57,747 nucleotides of DNA from Bacillota bacterium (GTDB lineage: Bacteria; Bacillota; JAAYKD01), in assembly GCA_012522585.1 (NCBI GenBank), contig JAAYKD010000019.1:1-57747 (forward strand). The letters run 5' to 3'. Each line of letters opens with the position of its first letter. The stretch's first letter is position 1. A program made the translations under genes and the position numbers. Below, in pieces: positions 1-10,144 of the stretch. The notes beneath the pieces are model-generated. The model was given only the letters and a program-made list of their open reading frames with translations. It searched no databases and was not told the DNA's origin.

Positions 1-104
1 CAAATAGAAGGTATTCTTTTATAGAGAATAGAAATAGAAAGCATGCTTTTTCAAAACCAGCGTCATTAACGGTTTTGATAACATTATATAAAGGAGTGAT
101 TCCC

Positions 105-587
105 TTGAGTCATTATGTGATTCGACAAATTTCTGATGTTGATCGTCCCAGAATCTTTGAATTTTTAAAAGAGCACTGGGGAGCAGCTAAAAGTGTAAAT
201 TCCAAAGGCACTGTACAGACTGACACCCTTCCCGGTTTTATTGTCTACCAAGATGGTTTCATAGTTGGCCTAATTACCTACAATATTCGAGGTGAAGATT
301 GCGAATTAGTCACCATAAACTCATTGCTCAGTAAAGTTGGTTTAGGCTCATCCCTTTTGCGCAGCATGGAAGATGCAGCCAGAGAAGCCGGATGTAAGAG
401 AATTTGGCTGATTACAACAAACGATACAGTCAATGCATTGCGCTTCTATCAAAAAAGAGGCTATGAATTCAGCAAGCTTTATTTGAATACCGTAGAAGAA
501 CTCCGGAAGATCAAGCCGGAAATACCATTGGTTGGGCAGGAAGGCATTTTGATCAAACACGAAATTGAATTGCAAAAGATACTCTAA
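105..587 (+). CDS. GNAT-family N-acetyltransferase
   Basis: ORF 75-587. The C-terminal 'ALRFYQKRGYEF' and the 'VGLGSSLL' stretch resemble GNAT motifs A/B. AAGGAG lies 8-9 nt upstream of the in-frame TTG at 105, so 105 is preferred over 75. Confidence 0.7.
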   Translation: MSHYVIRQISDVDRPRIFEFLKEHWGAAKSVNSKGTVQTDTLPGFIVYQDGFIVGLITYNIRGEDCELVTINSLLSKVGLGSSLLRSMEDAAREAGCKRIWLITTNDTVNALRFYQKRGYEFSKLYLNTVEELRKIKPEIPLVGQEGILIKHEIELQKIL

Positions 588-605
588 ATTGATCTATTTC
601 CAAAC

Positions 606-641
606 AGCTCCGACTTCATCTTAAGTCGGAGCTTATTTTTT
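606..641 (+). terminator. Rho-independent terminator after the GNAT gene
   Basis: Perfect 11-bp stem AGCTCCGACTT / AAGTCGGAGCT with a 6-nt loop, followed by TATTTTTT. Confidence 0.8.
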
Positions 642-655
642 AAGGAGTGTTCGTC

Positions 656-1198
656 TTGATAAAAGGAAAAAACATTAAAACAGCTATTTTGGCCGGTGGT
701 TGCTTCTGGTGCATGGTCATGCCCTTCGATGAGTATGCAGGTGTTCTTGAAGTAACCTCTGGTTATACCGGTGGTCAGCTTAAAAACCCTAAGTACGAAG
801 AGGTCAAAACACAAAGGAGCGGTCATCTTGAAGCTGTAAAAATCGTTTATGACGAAAACGTAATTTCTTTCCAAACTCTATTGGATATTTATTGGCAACA
901 GATCGACCCTACCGATGATCGAGGTCAATTTAGTGACCGAGGTGAATCCTATCGTACAGCTATTTTCTTTACCGATCAAGAACAAAAAGAAATTGCACAA
1001 GCCTCCAAAGAAAAATTAGCCCAATCAGGGAAGTTTGACCAGCCCATAGTAACCCGCATCCTAGAAGCCCAAGAGTTTTATTTGGCTGAAGATTATCATC
1101 AAGATTTCGCTCGCAAAGAGCCGGAAAGATATGCCTCAGATGACTCGGTGCAAAAGCGCAAAAGTTTTATTAAGGAGCATTGGTCAAAATTGGTTTAA
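656..1198 (+). CDS. msrA: Peptide-methionine (S)-S-oxide reductase MsrA
   Basis: Active-site 'GGCFWC' lies near the N-terminus, and 'GYTGG' and 'DYHQ' motifs are present. AAGGAG lies 8 nt before the in-frame TTG at 656; the track start at 647 abuts the RBS. Confidence 0.9.
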   Translation: MIKGKNIKTAILAGGCFWCMVMPFDEYAGVLEVTSGYTGGQLKNPKYEEVKTQRSGHLEAVKIVYDENVISFQTLLDIYWQQIDPTDDRGQFSDRGESYRTAIFFTDQEQKEIAQASKEKLAQSGKFDQPIVTRILEAQEFYLAEDYHQDFARKEPERYASDDSVQKRKSFIKEHWSKLV

Positions 1199-1216
1199 CT
1201 TATTGGAGTCAGCTTA

Positions 1217-1245
1217 TTGACAAAATCTTCAATTAAATCTATAAT
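1217..1245 (+). promoter_or_regulatory. SigA-type promoter of the leuS leader
   Basis: TTGACA (1217-1222), a 17-nt spacer, then TATAAT (1240-1245). This is a perfect consensus. Confidence 0.75.
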
Positions 1246-1249
1246 ATCT

Positions 1250-1470
1250 TCAATACCTATGACATGAGAGTAGTAATTTTTGCTATTTGTGTTGCACAGA
1301 GAATCGATCTTTAGCTGAGAGGTCGAAGCACAAACAAAGATGAACTCGCTCGTCGAGGTGGCTTTAAGCCCGTAGGATTTGCGTTAAAATCAGTGAAGAG
1401 GAATCTTTTGATTCAATCAGAGTGGTACCGCGGCCCCGTCGTCTCTTAAAGAGGACGGGGCTTTTTATAT
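1250..1470 (+). promoter_or_regulatory. T-box riboswitch leader, leucine-specific (CUC specifier)
   Basis: Contains GAGAGTAGTA (K-turn/AGTA-like), the CAGAGAA AG-box, and GAA-CTC-G at 1345-1347. The T-box core is AATCAGAGTGGTACCGCGG (1415-1433). The terminator is CCCCGTCGTCTCTT..AAGAGGACGGGG followed by CTTTTT (1434-1466). It sits directly upstream of leuS. Confidence 0.88.
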
Positions 1471-1488
1471 TTTAAGGAGGAGCTTAAG

Positions 1489-3945
1489 ATGAGTCATTAC
1501 AGTCGCGCCATCGATATAAAATGGCAAAAGCAATGGGAAGAAGCTGGCATTTACAAATTTAACCGGGAGAATGCAGACAAGAAGCTCTATTGTCTGGAGA
1601 TGTTTTCCTATCCTTCCGGCTTTAATCTACATATCGGTCATTGGTACAATTACGGCATGACCGACTGCTGGTCTAGGATGAAAAGAATGCAAGGCTTTGA
1701 GGTCTTCCATCCTATGGGCTTCGATGCTTTTGGCTTGCCGGCAGAAAACTTTGCCATTCAGTCAGGCATCCACCCACAGGATTCGACCCTCAGCAATATC
1801 AAGACTATGGAAAAGCAATTGAAAGAAATGGGTGCAACTTTCGATTGGGATTACGAATTATCCACCTGCGATCCTGATTATTATCGTTGGACCCAGTGGA
1901 TATTCCTGCAGTTTTATAAAAATGATTTAGCCTATCGCAAGAATGCACCGGTCAATTGGTGCCCCAGCTGTCAAACAGTTTTAGCTAACGAGCAGGTTGT
2001 GGAAGGCTTATGCGAACGCTGCGACACTGCTGTGACCAAGGAAAATCTGACCCAATGGTTTTTTAAAACTACTGCCTATGCCCAGGAGCTTTTAGACGGT
2101 CTCGATGATCTGGATTGGCCCGAAAGCACCAAATTAAAGCAGCGCAATTGGATTGGCCGGAGCGTTGGGGCTCATCTTGATTTCCAGGTTGAGGCTCACC
2201 CTGAAGAGAGTATCAGGGTCTTCACCACCCGAGCTGACACTCTTTTAGGAGCGACCTATGTTGTTTTAGCGCCCGAGCACCCCTTAGTTGAAAAGATTAC
2301 AACTCAGGCTCAAAGAGAAAAAATTCAAGCCTATGTGGAGAGCACAAAAAAGATCAGCGAAATCGACAGACTCTCCACCGCCAAGGAAAAAACCGGAGAA
2401 TTCACCGGAGCCTTTGCTCTCCATCCGATCAGCGGCCAAAAACTACCAATCTGGGTTGCTGACTATGTCCTGGTCACCTATGGCACCGGCGCCGTCATGG
2501 CTGTGCCTGGTCATGATGAGAGGGATTTTGAATTTGCCACAAAATATGATTTGCCTATCCCCAAAGTTATTGCCCCTCTAAGCGAGGATATCGACGGCAC
2601 TCTTCCCTATTGTGAATACGGAATTTTAGTCAATTCAGGCAAATACAACGGACTTTCCTCAGAAGAAGCCCAGGAAAAAATAGTTGCTGATTTGGAAAAA
2701 GAAAATAAAGCCGAACAGACTATCACCTACCGCTTAAGAGATTGGCTGATCTCCAGACAGCGCTATTGGGGTGCCCCTATACCCATCATCTACTGCCCTG
2801 ATTGCGGCACCGTGCCAGTTCCGGAAGCCGACCTGCCCGTTCTATTACCTTATGATGTGGAATTCACCCCAGACGGTCAGTCTCCCTTAGCTAAAAACGA
2901 AGATTTTGTCAATACGACCTGCCCCAATTGTCAGGGACCAGCTAAAAGAGAAGTTGACACCATGGACACCTTTGTCGACTCTTCCTGGTATTTCTTGCGC
3001 TATCCCGATAACAAAAACAACGAAAAAGCCTGGGATATTGACTGGATCAACAAGATTCTCCCTGTTGACAAATACGTAGGTGGGCCCGAACACGCAGTGA
3101 TGCACCTGATCTATGCCCGCTTCTTTGTCAAAGCCTTGAGAGATTTAGGCTATTTGAATTTCGACGAACCCTTCACTTCCTTGACTCATCAAGGCATCAT
3201 CTTGGGTCCGGACGGAAACAGAATGTCCAAATCCAGAGGCAATGTGATCTCCCCTGACCCCTACGTTGAGGCCCACGGTTCCGATATCTTGAGATTGTTC
3301 ATGGGCTTTTCCTTCGCCTACACTGAAGCAGGGCCCTGGATTGACGAAAACATCAGAGCTATGTCCCGCTTCATCGAACGCATCGAGCGCTGGATAGCCC
3401 GTCTCTTGGAATTACGTCAAGAAGAAAATTATTCAGAAGACAGTGGTGAAGAAGAGGCCAGACTGCAATTTTACCGTCACCAGGCTATTCAATATTGCAC
3501 CCGGGATATCGAAGTTTTCCAATTCAACACAGCCATCGCCAAAATCATGGAATTTTTAAATGCCCTCAACCATTACGACAAAAATGTGGAAATTAAAAAT
3601 ATGGCTTTGCTGGAAGAGGCAACAGCCGACCTGCTCCGACTTTTAGCTCCCTTAGCGCCTCATCTGGCAGAAGAAAACTGGCAGACAATCGGTCGCTCCT
3701 TCTCCATTCACAATGAAGCTTGGCCCCTCTTCGACGAGAATATGCTGAAACAGGAGACCATTGAATTGGCAGTTCAAGTCAACGGTCGGATCAGAGACCG
3801 CTTGCTGGCTGATGCCAACGAAGACCAAGAGGTTTTGAAAACCATGGCTTTGGAACTACCTAATTTAGCTCCTTATTTAGAAGGTAAGAGTATTGTAAAA
3901 ATTATTGTGGTCAAAGGTAGACTGATCAATGTTGTGGTCAAGTAA
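1489..3945 (+). CDS. leuS: Leucyl-tRNA synthetase
   Basis: 818 aa. Class I 'HIGH'-type motif 'LHIGHWYNY' and a 'KMSKS' motif ('RMSKSRGN') are present. AGGAGG RBS lies 8 nt upstream of the ATG. Confidence 0.97.
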   Translation: MSHYSRAIDIKWQKQWEEAGIYKFNRENADKKLYCLEMFSYPSGFNLHIGHWYNYGMTDCWSRMKRMQGFEVFHPMGFDAFGLPAENFAIQSGIHPQDSTLSNIKTMEKQLKEMGATFDWDYELSTCDPDYYRWTQWIFLQFYKNDLAYRKNAPVNWCPSCQTVLANEQVVEGLCERCDTAVTKENLTQWFFKTTAYAQELLDGLDDLDWPESTKLKQRNWIGRSVGAHLDFQVEAHPEESIRVFTTRADTLLGATYVVLAPEHPLVEKITTQAQREKIQAYVESTKKISEIDRLSTAKEKTGEFTGAFALHPISGQKLPIWVADYVLVTYGTGAVMAVPGHDERDFEFATKYDLPIPKVIAPLSEDIDGTLPYCEYGILVNSGKYNGLSSEEAQEKIVADLEKENKAEQTITYRLRDWLISRQRYWGAPIPIIYCPDCGTVPVPEADLPVLLPYDVEFTPDGQSPLAKNEDFVNTTCPNCQGPAKREVDTMDTFVDSSWYFLRYPDNKNNEKAWDIDWINKILPVDKYVGGPEHAVMHLIYARFFVKALRDLGYLNFDEPFTSLTHQGIILGPDGNRMSKSRGNVISPDPYVEAHGSDILRLFMGFSFAYTEAGPWIDENIRAMSRFIERIERWIARLLELRQEENYSEDSGEEEARLQFYRHQAIQYCTRDIEVFQFNTAIAKIMEFLNALNHYDKNVEIKNMALLEEATADLLRLLAPLAPHLAEENWQTIGRSFSIHNEAWPLFDENMLKQETIELAVQVNGRIRDRLLADANEDQEVLKTMALELPNLAPYLEGKSIVKIIVVKGRLINVVVK

Positions 3946-3992
3946 GTAAAATAGCTCAGACACAGGGGAAGAGAATTTTTTAAGACATAACG

Positions 3993-4034
3993 AAACAGGC
4001 CTGAATGAAGTGTACCATCATTCAGGCCTGTTTT
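3993..4034. terminator. Bidirectional terminator between the convergent leuS and serine-hydrolase genes
   Basis: 16-bp stem AAACAGGCCTGAATGA / TCATTCAGGCCTGTTT, with T-runs on both sides. Confidence 0.8.
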
Positions 4035-5777
4035 TTATTTTCTTAATTTACCTATACTTTTTGGATTGAAGAGCTGATCGACTCGACGAGAGAGGACATC
4101 CTCTTCAATTTTGACCAAAAGCTCTTCTAAAGTCTTGGTTCTTGCCAGTTCCTCGTTGAGATTGGATAAGCCCCGGTAGATCATCTCACGCCCCGGAGTT
4201 TCATAAAACTCTAAGGCCAGCTCCTCTTCTTTAAAAACCAGAGTTAAAAACCTTGAGCTCGCTGTTTCAACAAAACTAAAACGACAGGTTAAAACAAAAT
4301 TCCCCTCTACATCCTTGGACCAAGCAGCAAAAGCCCCTACTGTGTAGGTCTCTTCTTTAGTTTCAATTTGATTGAGTTTGCTTTGGTCGAAACCAATTTC
4401 AACTGAAAGCAATTCATCCCCTTGTAAAAACACCATGGTGTTTTCATCCATCAGGGTCAGAGCCTGCAAGCCTCGACTATAGCCGTTGCGCAGAATCTGC
4501 TGAACCATGGGAACAAAACTCACATTGTGAGCTTCCCCGGTCTCAAATTCATAGATACTTCCATCGAAGTATTGACGGTTCAATTTTTCTGTTTCAGCTG
4601 CGCCCAAAAAATTCGTCATAACATCTTGTGGGGCCAGTTTGTGAGGTCGTCTTTTCAATTCCAGTAATTTTGAATGAGCTTCCGGGTTTTCTGGCAGTGG
4701 CTGCTCAGCCGGTTTAAATCCTTCGAAATAGCGACGGATATAGCGAAAATACTCACCCTGCTGAAAAACCGCGTTGGTTCCGGCTGTTGCAACGATAACA
4801 ATTTCGCTTTCAGGGAAAACAGCTACGTTTTGCCCAAACATCCCGTTTAATAAAACGGATTTATCATGCCTGGAAACCCAACAATGATAGCCGTAATCAT
4901 AATTGCCAAAGGAATGAGGCACTTCTGTTTGTCCGCTCATCGCTGCTTCCATCAGCTCTTGGGAGATAATGACCTGATCTTGATAGACTCCTTTTTGGCA
5001 GAAGAGCATCCCTATTTTGGCCATATCTTCAGGAGCCAGATACATGCCCCAGCCGCCTTTTTCTATACCTTGAGGTGATAACTCCCAGTCGAAGACCTCA
5101 ATGCCTAAGGGCGTAAATAGTCTTGTTTTTAAGAAGTCGCTGAGATTCAAACCGCCGACTTTCTTGACCAGATAACTCAACATATAGGAGTTCATACTAT
5201 TGTAATGAAAATCTTGCCCAGGTTCAAAGCGAAAACCCGATTCCATAAAGTCCTTGGTCCAATCCTCAGAAGTTATGGCTCCGATTTCATTGAAGACGAT
5301 ACCGCTGCTCATAGTCAAAAGATGCCGGACGGTTAAGTCTTTATGAGTCACCGGAGTCAGGACATTGCCATCATCTAAAAGGTCGACAAGGCGTTGCTTC
5401 AAGTCCAGCTTACCCTGATCGATCAAGATGAGGATAGCTAAGACAGTTATGGATTTACACATAGAATGGGTTATCGACCATCTATTATTGCTATAGCCAT
5501 CTAAATAGCTTTCGGCTATGACCTGGCCTTTAACTAAAATCTGCAGGGTATGTAAATCCAGCTCTGGCAGATGACTGAGATTGTAGATAAGTGGATAGAG
5601 ATATTCGCTTTTTATTCCCAGCTCTTCCGGTTTAGCTCGGGGCAAGAGATTGATCTTGCCCTCTTTCGGCATGGGCTTTTTCTGAGGCTGATAAGGAATG
5701 ATATTTTCGATCTTTTCTTTGCCATCAAAAAACTGCAGAGCCATTCTAAGGGCATTTGCTTGAACTATCAAATCCAT
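4035..5777 (-). CDS. Beta-lactamase-fold serine hydrolase (class C / PBP-like) with a C-terminal extension
   Basis: 580 aa. An S-x-x-K motif 'HSMCKSIT' is present. The overall N-terminal ~380 aa resemble the AmpC/esterase family. The C-terminal ~190 aa are of unknown function. Confidence 0.7.
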   Translation of the reverse strand: MDLIVQANALRMALQFFDGKEKIENIIPYQPQKKPMPKEGKINLLPRAKPEELGIKSEYLYPLIYNLSHLPELDLHTLQILVKGQVIAESYLDGYSNNRWSITHSMCKSITVLAILILIDQGKLDLKQRLVDLLDDGNVLTPVTHKDLTVRHLLTMSSGIVFNEIGAITSEDWTKDFMESGFRFEPGQDFHYNSMNSYMLSYLVKKVGGLNLSDFLKTRLFTPLGIEVFDWELSPQGIEKGGWGMYLAPEDMAKIGMLFCQKGVYQDQVIISQELMEAAMSGQTEVPHSFGNYDYGYHCWVSRHDKSVLLNGMFGQNVAVFPESEIVIVATAGTNAVFQQGEYFRYIRRYFEGFKPAEQPLPENPEAHSKLLELKRRPHKLAPQDVMTNFLGAAETEKLNRQYFDGSIYEFETGEAHNVSFVPMVQQILRNGYSRGLQALTLMDENTMVFLQGDELLSVEIGFDQSKLNQIETKEETYTVGAFAAWSKDVEGNFVLTCRFSFVETASSRFLTLVFKEEELALEFYETPGREMIYRGLSNLNEELARTKTLEELLVKIEEDVLSRRVDQLFNPKSIGKLRK

Positions 5778-5797
5778 AAGCTCACCCCTTTAAAGAT

Positions 5798-6397
5798 TTA
5801 TTTTTTTATTATTTCGGGTACCCTCTCGGCAATTTTCTTCCATAAAGCGTCTTTGCTGGCAGCTTCACCGGCACTGAACAAAATGGGAGCTTCAGCAAGG
5901 TTCAAAGCTTTTCTCAAATCAGCAGCAGCCTTATTCCATTGACTGCGCTTGACCTTATCCCGCTTTGTTCCGACGATTAAAAAGGGTAGATCCAAACTTT
6001 GTAGCAATTGCACCATTTCCAAATCCAATTGACTGGGTTTATGGCGACTGTCCACAAGTATCACGACTAGTTCCAATTGCTCCCTTTGACTCAGGTATTG
6101 AAAGATCAAACGGGAAATTTCCTCTTGTTTAACCTTGCTCAAAGCTGCATAGCCATAGCCGGGCAAATCGACCAGATGAAAAACTTCATTGATCAAGAAA
6201 AAATTTAGGGTTTGAGTTTTACCCGGTCTGGAGGAAGTATGGGCCAGGCGTTTACGCTCCAAAAGGGTGTTGATCAAGGAGGATTTCCCCACGTTGGAGC
6301 GACCGACAAAGGCTATTTCAGGTAAATCATCCCCGGGGCATTGAGAGTAAAAGCCTGCTGTCATGACTAATTCCAGAGACCTGATTACTAAACTCAT
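5798..6397 (-). CDS. engB: Ribosome-biogenesis GTPase EngB/YsxC
   Basis: 'LPEIAFVGRSNVGKSSLIN' gives G1, 'DLPGYG' gives G3 and 'TKRDK' gives G4. The start overlaps the lon stop (ATGA). Confidence 0.92.
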   Translation of the reverse strand: MSLVIRSLELVMTAGFYSQCPGDDLPEIAFVGRSNVGKSSLINTLLERKRLAHTSSRPGKTQTLNFFLINEVFHLVDLPGYGYAALSKVKQEEISRLIFQYLSQREQLELVVILVDSRHKPSQLDLEMVQLLQSLDLPFLIVGTKRDKVKRSQWNKAAADLRKALNLAEAPILFSAGEAASKDALWKKIAERVPEIIKK

Positions 6398-8754
6398 AGC
6401 AAGCCTCCCAACTGGGAATAATCCATATTCAATCCGGGAATGAGTTTGGGCAGAGCCTGATCAAACTCTTCGACGAAGTGAACTTGTAGTGTTTTTAAAA
6501 TGTTTTCCGGAATTTCTTCCAAATCCTTGCGGTTTTCTTCCGGTATAATAGCTTCTTGCAAACCCGCTCGGTAAGCCGCTAAGAGCTTTTCTTTAAGTCC
6601 GCCAATCGGCAAGATATTGCCTCGCAGAGTCAATTCTCCGGTCATGGCAATGTCGTTGCGGACAGGTTCCTTGGTTAAAGCGGAAATCAAAGCGGTCAGC
6701 AAGGTAATTCCGGCAGAAGGGCCTTCTTTTGGTACAGCTCCTTCGGGCACGTGGATATGAATATCCATGGTTTTATGAAAATCGGAAGGCAAGCCAAAGA
6801 GCTCGCTGTTGGCCCTGACATAGCTGAGAGCGATGCTGGCCGATTCGCGCATGACTTCACCCAGCTTACCGGTTAAAATCAATTCGCCTTTGCCGGGCAT
6901 CAGGCCCACCTCGATAGGTAAGATTTCTCCACCCATCTCAGTCCAGACCATGCCTGTGGCAACCCCGATTTGGCTGGTCCTTTCGGCTTTGGTGTGGCTA
7001 TAACGATAGGCACCCAAAAACCTTTCCAGACGAGGAATGGTCAAGTTTAAGCTTTCTTCTCGGCCTTCCAAGATCTGTCTGGCTCGTTTGCGACAAATAG
7101 CTCCTATTTGTCTTTCCAATTGACGCACACCCGATTCTCTGGTGTAACGACTGATCAAAACACGCAAAGTCTTATCGGGGATGGTCAGTGATTCAGGTTT
7201 GAGGCCATTTTCTTCCAACTGTTTAGGAATCAGATGCCTTTTGGCAATTTCCAATTTTTCTTCTTCAGTGTAACTGCTCAATTCGATAATTTCCATCCGA
7301 TCCAAGAGAGGCCTGGGAATTCTTCGGGCATCATTAGCGGTGGTTAGAAACAAAACCTTGGAAAGATCAAAGGGAACTTCCAAATAGTGATCGGCGAAAG
7401 TGCTATTTTGCTCCGGATCCAAGACTTCTAAGAGAGCTGAAGCTGGGTCGCCTCTGAAATCAGATGATGTTTTATCAATTTCATCTAAAAGGAAGAGAGG
7501 ATTGTTGACTCCGCTTTGCATGATGCTCTGAATGATTCGGCCTGGCATTGAAGCCACATAGGTGCGTCTATGCCCTCTGATTTCAGCTTCGTCTCGGACT
7601 CCACCTAGAGACATACGTACGAATTGACGATTCAGAGCTCGGGCTACTGAGCGTCCTAAGGAAGTTTTTCCTGTGCCGGGAGGTCCAACCAAACAGATGA
7701 TCGGGCCTTTTAAGCCACCGCTCAATTGGCGCACAGCCAAATATTCCAAAATTCTCTCCTTGGGTTTATCCAGGCCGTAATGGTCTTCATCCAAGACCTT
7801 ATGAGCAAAGTTTATGTCTAAAACATCCTGACTCTGCTCATCCCAAGGCAATCTTAAAACTGTCTCCAGGTATTGGCGCAAAACCCCTGCTTCCGGAGAG
7901 CTGGCATGTAGTCTTTCCAGACGTAAAATATCCCTTCTTATCTTCTCCTTATATTCCTCGGCTAAGTTAACTATCTCATCAAGCCGCTTGAGCATGCGCT
8001 CTTTTTCAGCTTCTTTTTCTTCCACATCGCCCAATTCACTCTGGATAACCTTCATCTGTTCCCGCAAAAAATATTCTCTTTGATTTTGCGACATTTTCTC
8101 CTGAGTTTTTTGCTGGATATAGACTTCCAGCTTTCTGCGCTCAATCGCTCTTTCAACATGAACACTCAGCTTGAGCAAGCGATTTTCTAGAGAAGGTTCT
8201 TTCAACAATTCAAATTTTTCTTCAAAAGTCAAATTCAAATGGGAAGCTAAAACAAAGGATAAATGAGAAGGATCATCTTTTTGTTTGATTTCCTTGAGAA
8301 GTGAGGTTGGAAACTTAGGTGACTCTCTCTGTAAATCCTTAAAGCGTTCGATCAGAAGGTTGGCTGCAACATCTACTAAATCACTGTTTTCAAATTCGTT
8401 GGGCAATAATTTAACATAAGCATAAAGAGACTCTTCCGACTCCCAAATAAACTCATCCACTTCAGCCCTTTGCACGCCCTGAAAAACTACGAATTTCTGA
8501 TCTTCGCTATGGCGTAAAATCTGCTTGACATAGCACAGTGTTCCAATTTTTGGCAGCTTATTGAGCTCTATCCTTCTTTGCTCCGGTCCTTCTTGCTTGG
8601 CATAGCCAACTAAAAGGATCTGTTCGTTCTTGCGCATTATCTCTTCGATCTCTCTTTCGATCCGATCGTTAATGAAATCAAGCCTCATAACCAGCTTAGG
8701 GAAAACAACAACATTTTCTAAAGCCAAAACTTTATATCTAAATTTATCTTGCAA
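6394..8754 (-). CDS. lon: ATP-dependent protease Lon (LonA type)
   Basis: 786 aa with a LON N-domain. Walker A is 'GPPGTGKTS', Walker B is 'LFLLDEIDK', and the catalytic serine lies in '[10 protein letters not shown]'. It starts at TTG with AAGGAG 8 nt upstream. Confidence 0.96.
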   Translation of the reverse strand: MQDKFRYKVLALENVVVFPKLVMRLDFINDRIEREIEEIMRKNEQILLVGYAKQEGPEQRRIELNKLPKIGTLCYVKQILRHSEDQKFVVFQGVQRAEVDEFIWESEESLYAYVKLLPNEFENSDLVDVAANLLIERFKDLQRESPKFPTSLLKEIKQKDDPSHLSFVLASHLNLTFEEKFELLKEPSLENRLLKLSVHVERAIERRKLEVYIQQKTQEKMSQNQREYFLREQMKVIQSELGDVEEKEAEKERMLKRLDEIVNLAEEYKEKIRRDILRLERLHASSPEAGVLRQYLETVLRLPWDEQSQDVLDINFAHKVLDEDHYGLDKPKERILEYLAVRQLSGGLKGPIICLVGPPGTGKTSLGRSVARALNRQFVRMSLGGVRDEAEIRGHRRTYVASMPGRIIQSIMQSGVNNPLFLLDEIDKTSSDFRGDPASALLEVLDPEQNSTFADHYLEVPFDLSKVLFLTTANDARRIPRPLLDRMEIIELSSYTEEEKLEIAKRHLIPKQLEENGLKPESLTIPDKTLRVLISRYTRESGVRQLERQIGAICRKRARQILEGREESLNLTIPRLERFLGAYRYSHTKAERTSQIGVATGMVWTEMGGEILPIEVGLMPGKGELILTGKLGEVMRESASIALSYVRANSELFGLPSDFHKTMDIHIHVPEGAVPKEGPSAGITLLTALISALTKEPVRNDIAMTGELTLRGNILPIGGLKEKLLAAYRAGLQEAIIPEENRKDLEEIPENILKTLQVHFVEEFDQALPKLIPGLNMDYSQLGGLL

Positions 8755-8893
8755 TTTGTCAACTCCTTAAATATATTCGCAAATAAATTAAAAGCAACTC
8801 ATATGATTCGCCATATTGAAAAAATTACCTACTTAGTGAAACAAAAATCGAATTTTCAAGTTCTTCTGGAAAGGATAAATCTATCGGTGGGAA

Positions 8894-8943
8894 AGCGATG
8901 TTATCACCTTGTTTCCCATAGTAAAAAAGGTGATAACATCGCT
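8894..8943. repeat. Perfect 15-bp inverted repeat with a 20-nt spacer
   Basis: AGCGATGTTATCACC (8894-8908) and GGTGATAACATCGCT (8929-8943) are exact reverse complements. The repeat lies 31 nt downstream of the PP2C gene stop and about 140 nt upstream of the lon start. No U-tract follows it on the minus strand. Confidence 0.6.
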
Positions 8944-8973
8944 CTAGCCTGACAAAAATAAAGCATTTTAAGA

Positions 8974-10125
8974 TTAGTAGCCTTCTTCTATAACCAATTT
9001 TCCTAAGCTTTCCAGTTTCTCTTTTAACATAGCGATAATTGTTTTTCTTGGTTTAACCCCGACCTGTTTGAACAAGGGGGAAGCATGGGCTTCGTTGATC
9101 GCATTGCCGACTAAAAAAGTTATGACATCCGCTTCCAATAAGAGTTTGCAAAATCTTTCTACAGAAGTCTGTTCTCCCCAAACATCGGGAGGCTCATCGA
9201 GAAGATTAGCCGCTTGATTGAGCAAGACCGCTCCTTCGCTGACCAATTCAAAGCCTTCCATTTTGTATTCAGGAGGCGAGGCAAAGCCCAGGGAGCTTTC
9301 AACCAAGTCGATTTTTAAATTGAGCTCTCGGGAAACAATATCCGCAGTCGTCGAGCCACAAATGACTTTTTTTCCTTCCTTAGCCATGAAGGAAGCAACG
9401 TAATTTCTATCCTGACTACGGATCTCCGGAGGACCGGTCAGAACATTGAGCAATTTTGCTTCTCGATTCTGAACCAGCAAAAAGGTGGTATCATCGACGT
9501 ATTTATCATCGGTTAGAGATTTCGTTTTGGCTGCCAGATTCTGCAAAACTTGATCTTCCGAGAGATTTAAGGCCAATTGCTGTTGCCAATAATAGGCCAA
9601 ACCCTCACTGCCGATGCCTAAGACATAATGGGTTCCCATGCCGGCTTGACTGGCTCCATCGCTGAAAACCAAGAGCCGGTCATCGGCATTCAAAGTACCG
9701 TAGCACTCTCCTAATCTCTCCATTCCGGCAGGAAAGTATTCCGGTTCTAAAACTAAACAAATTCCTTCCCTTTCCATAACAGGTGAAGGTGTTTCATAAA
9801 CAAATATGGAAAAGCGCCCATCGTTCATCAATTGCACTGCCGTAAAAGCAGAGAATGGGGCTACTTCTGTTCTGGCTATGTGCATGCTGGCCGCCACCAT
9901 CTGACAGGCCGATCTAAATGAAATTTCACTTTTAGCCAGCTCGATTAAACGATTGGCGCAGGTAATGGCTGCAATATTGGCATAGATACCTGAACCTATG
10001 CCATCACACAAGACGAAGACCGTCTGAAAGGGTGTACGCAGGTGCATGCTGGCGTCTCCGCAGACAATCTGACCTGTTTTAGTATTTTGATTTAACCAGC
10101 TTTGATAATAATTCACAATTAGCAA
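8974..10125 (-). CDS. PP2C/SpoIIE-family Ser/Thr phosphatase with an uncharacterised ~160-aa C-terminal domain
   Basis: PPM motifs 'LCDGIGSG', 'VFSDGASQAG' and 'DDTTFLLV' lie in the first ~220 aa. The start is ambiguous: TTG at 10125 or GTG at 10116, downstream of GTGAGG. Confidence 0.75.
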   Translation of the reverse strand: MLIVNYYQSWLNQNTKTGQIVCGDASMHLRTPFQTVFVLCDGIGSGIYANIAAITCANRLIELAKSEISFRSACQMVAASMHIARTEVAPFSAFTAVQLMNDGRFSIFVYETPSPVMEREGICLVLEPEYFPAGMERLGECYGTLNADDRLLVFSDGASQAGMGTHYVLGIGSEGLAYYWQQQLALNLSEDQVLQNLAAKTKSLTDDKYVDDTTFLLVQNREAKLLNVLTGPPEIRSQDRNYVASFMAKEGKKVICGSTTADIVSRELNLKIDLVESSLGFASPPEYKMEGFELVSEGAVLLNQAANLLDEPPDVWGEQTSVERFCKLLLEADVITFLVGNAINEAHASPLFKQVGVKPRKTIIAMLKEKLESLGKLVIEEGY

Positions 10126-10144
10126 GCCTCACTTTATGCCTGAT

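Noticed and set aside
5571-5942. 123-aa plus-strand ORF spanning the serine-hydrolase start and the engB end
   Set aside because: It is antisense to two well-supported genes and crosses their intergenic gap. It has no RBS and no recognisable motifs.
8749-8952. 67-aa plus-strand ORF in the lon upstream region
   Set aside because: Its start overlaps the lon start on the opposite strand, it has no RBS, and it spans the 15-bp inverted repeat. There is no recognisable protein features.
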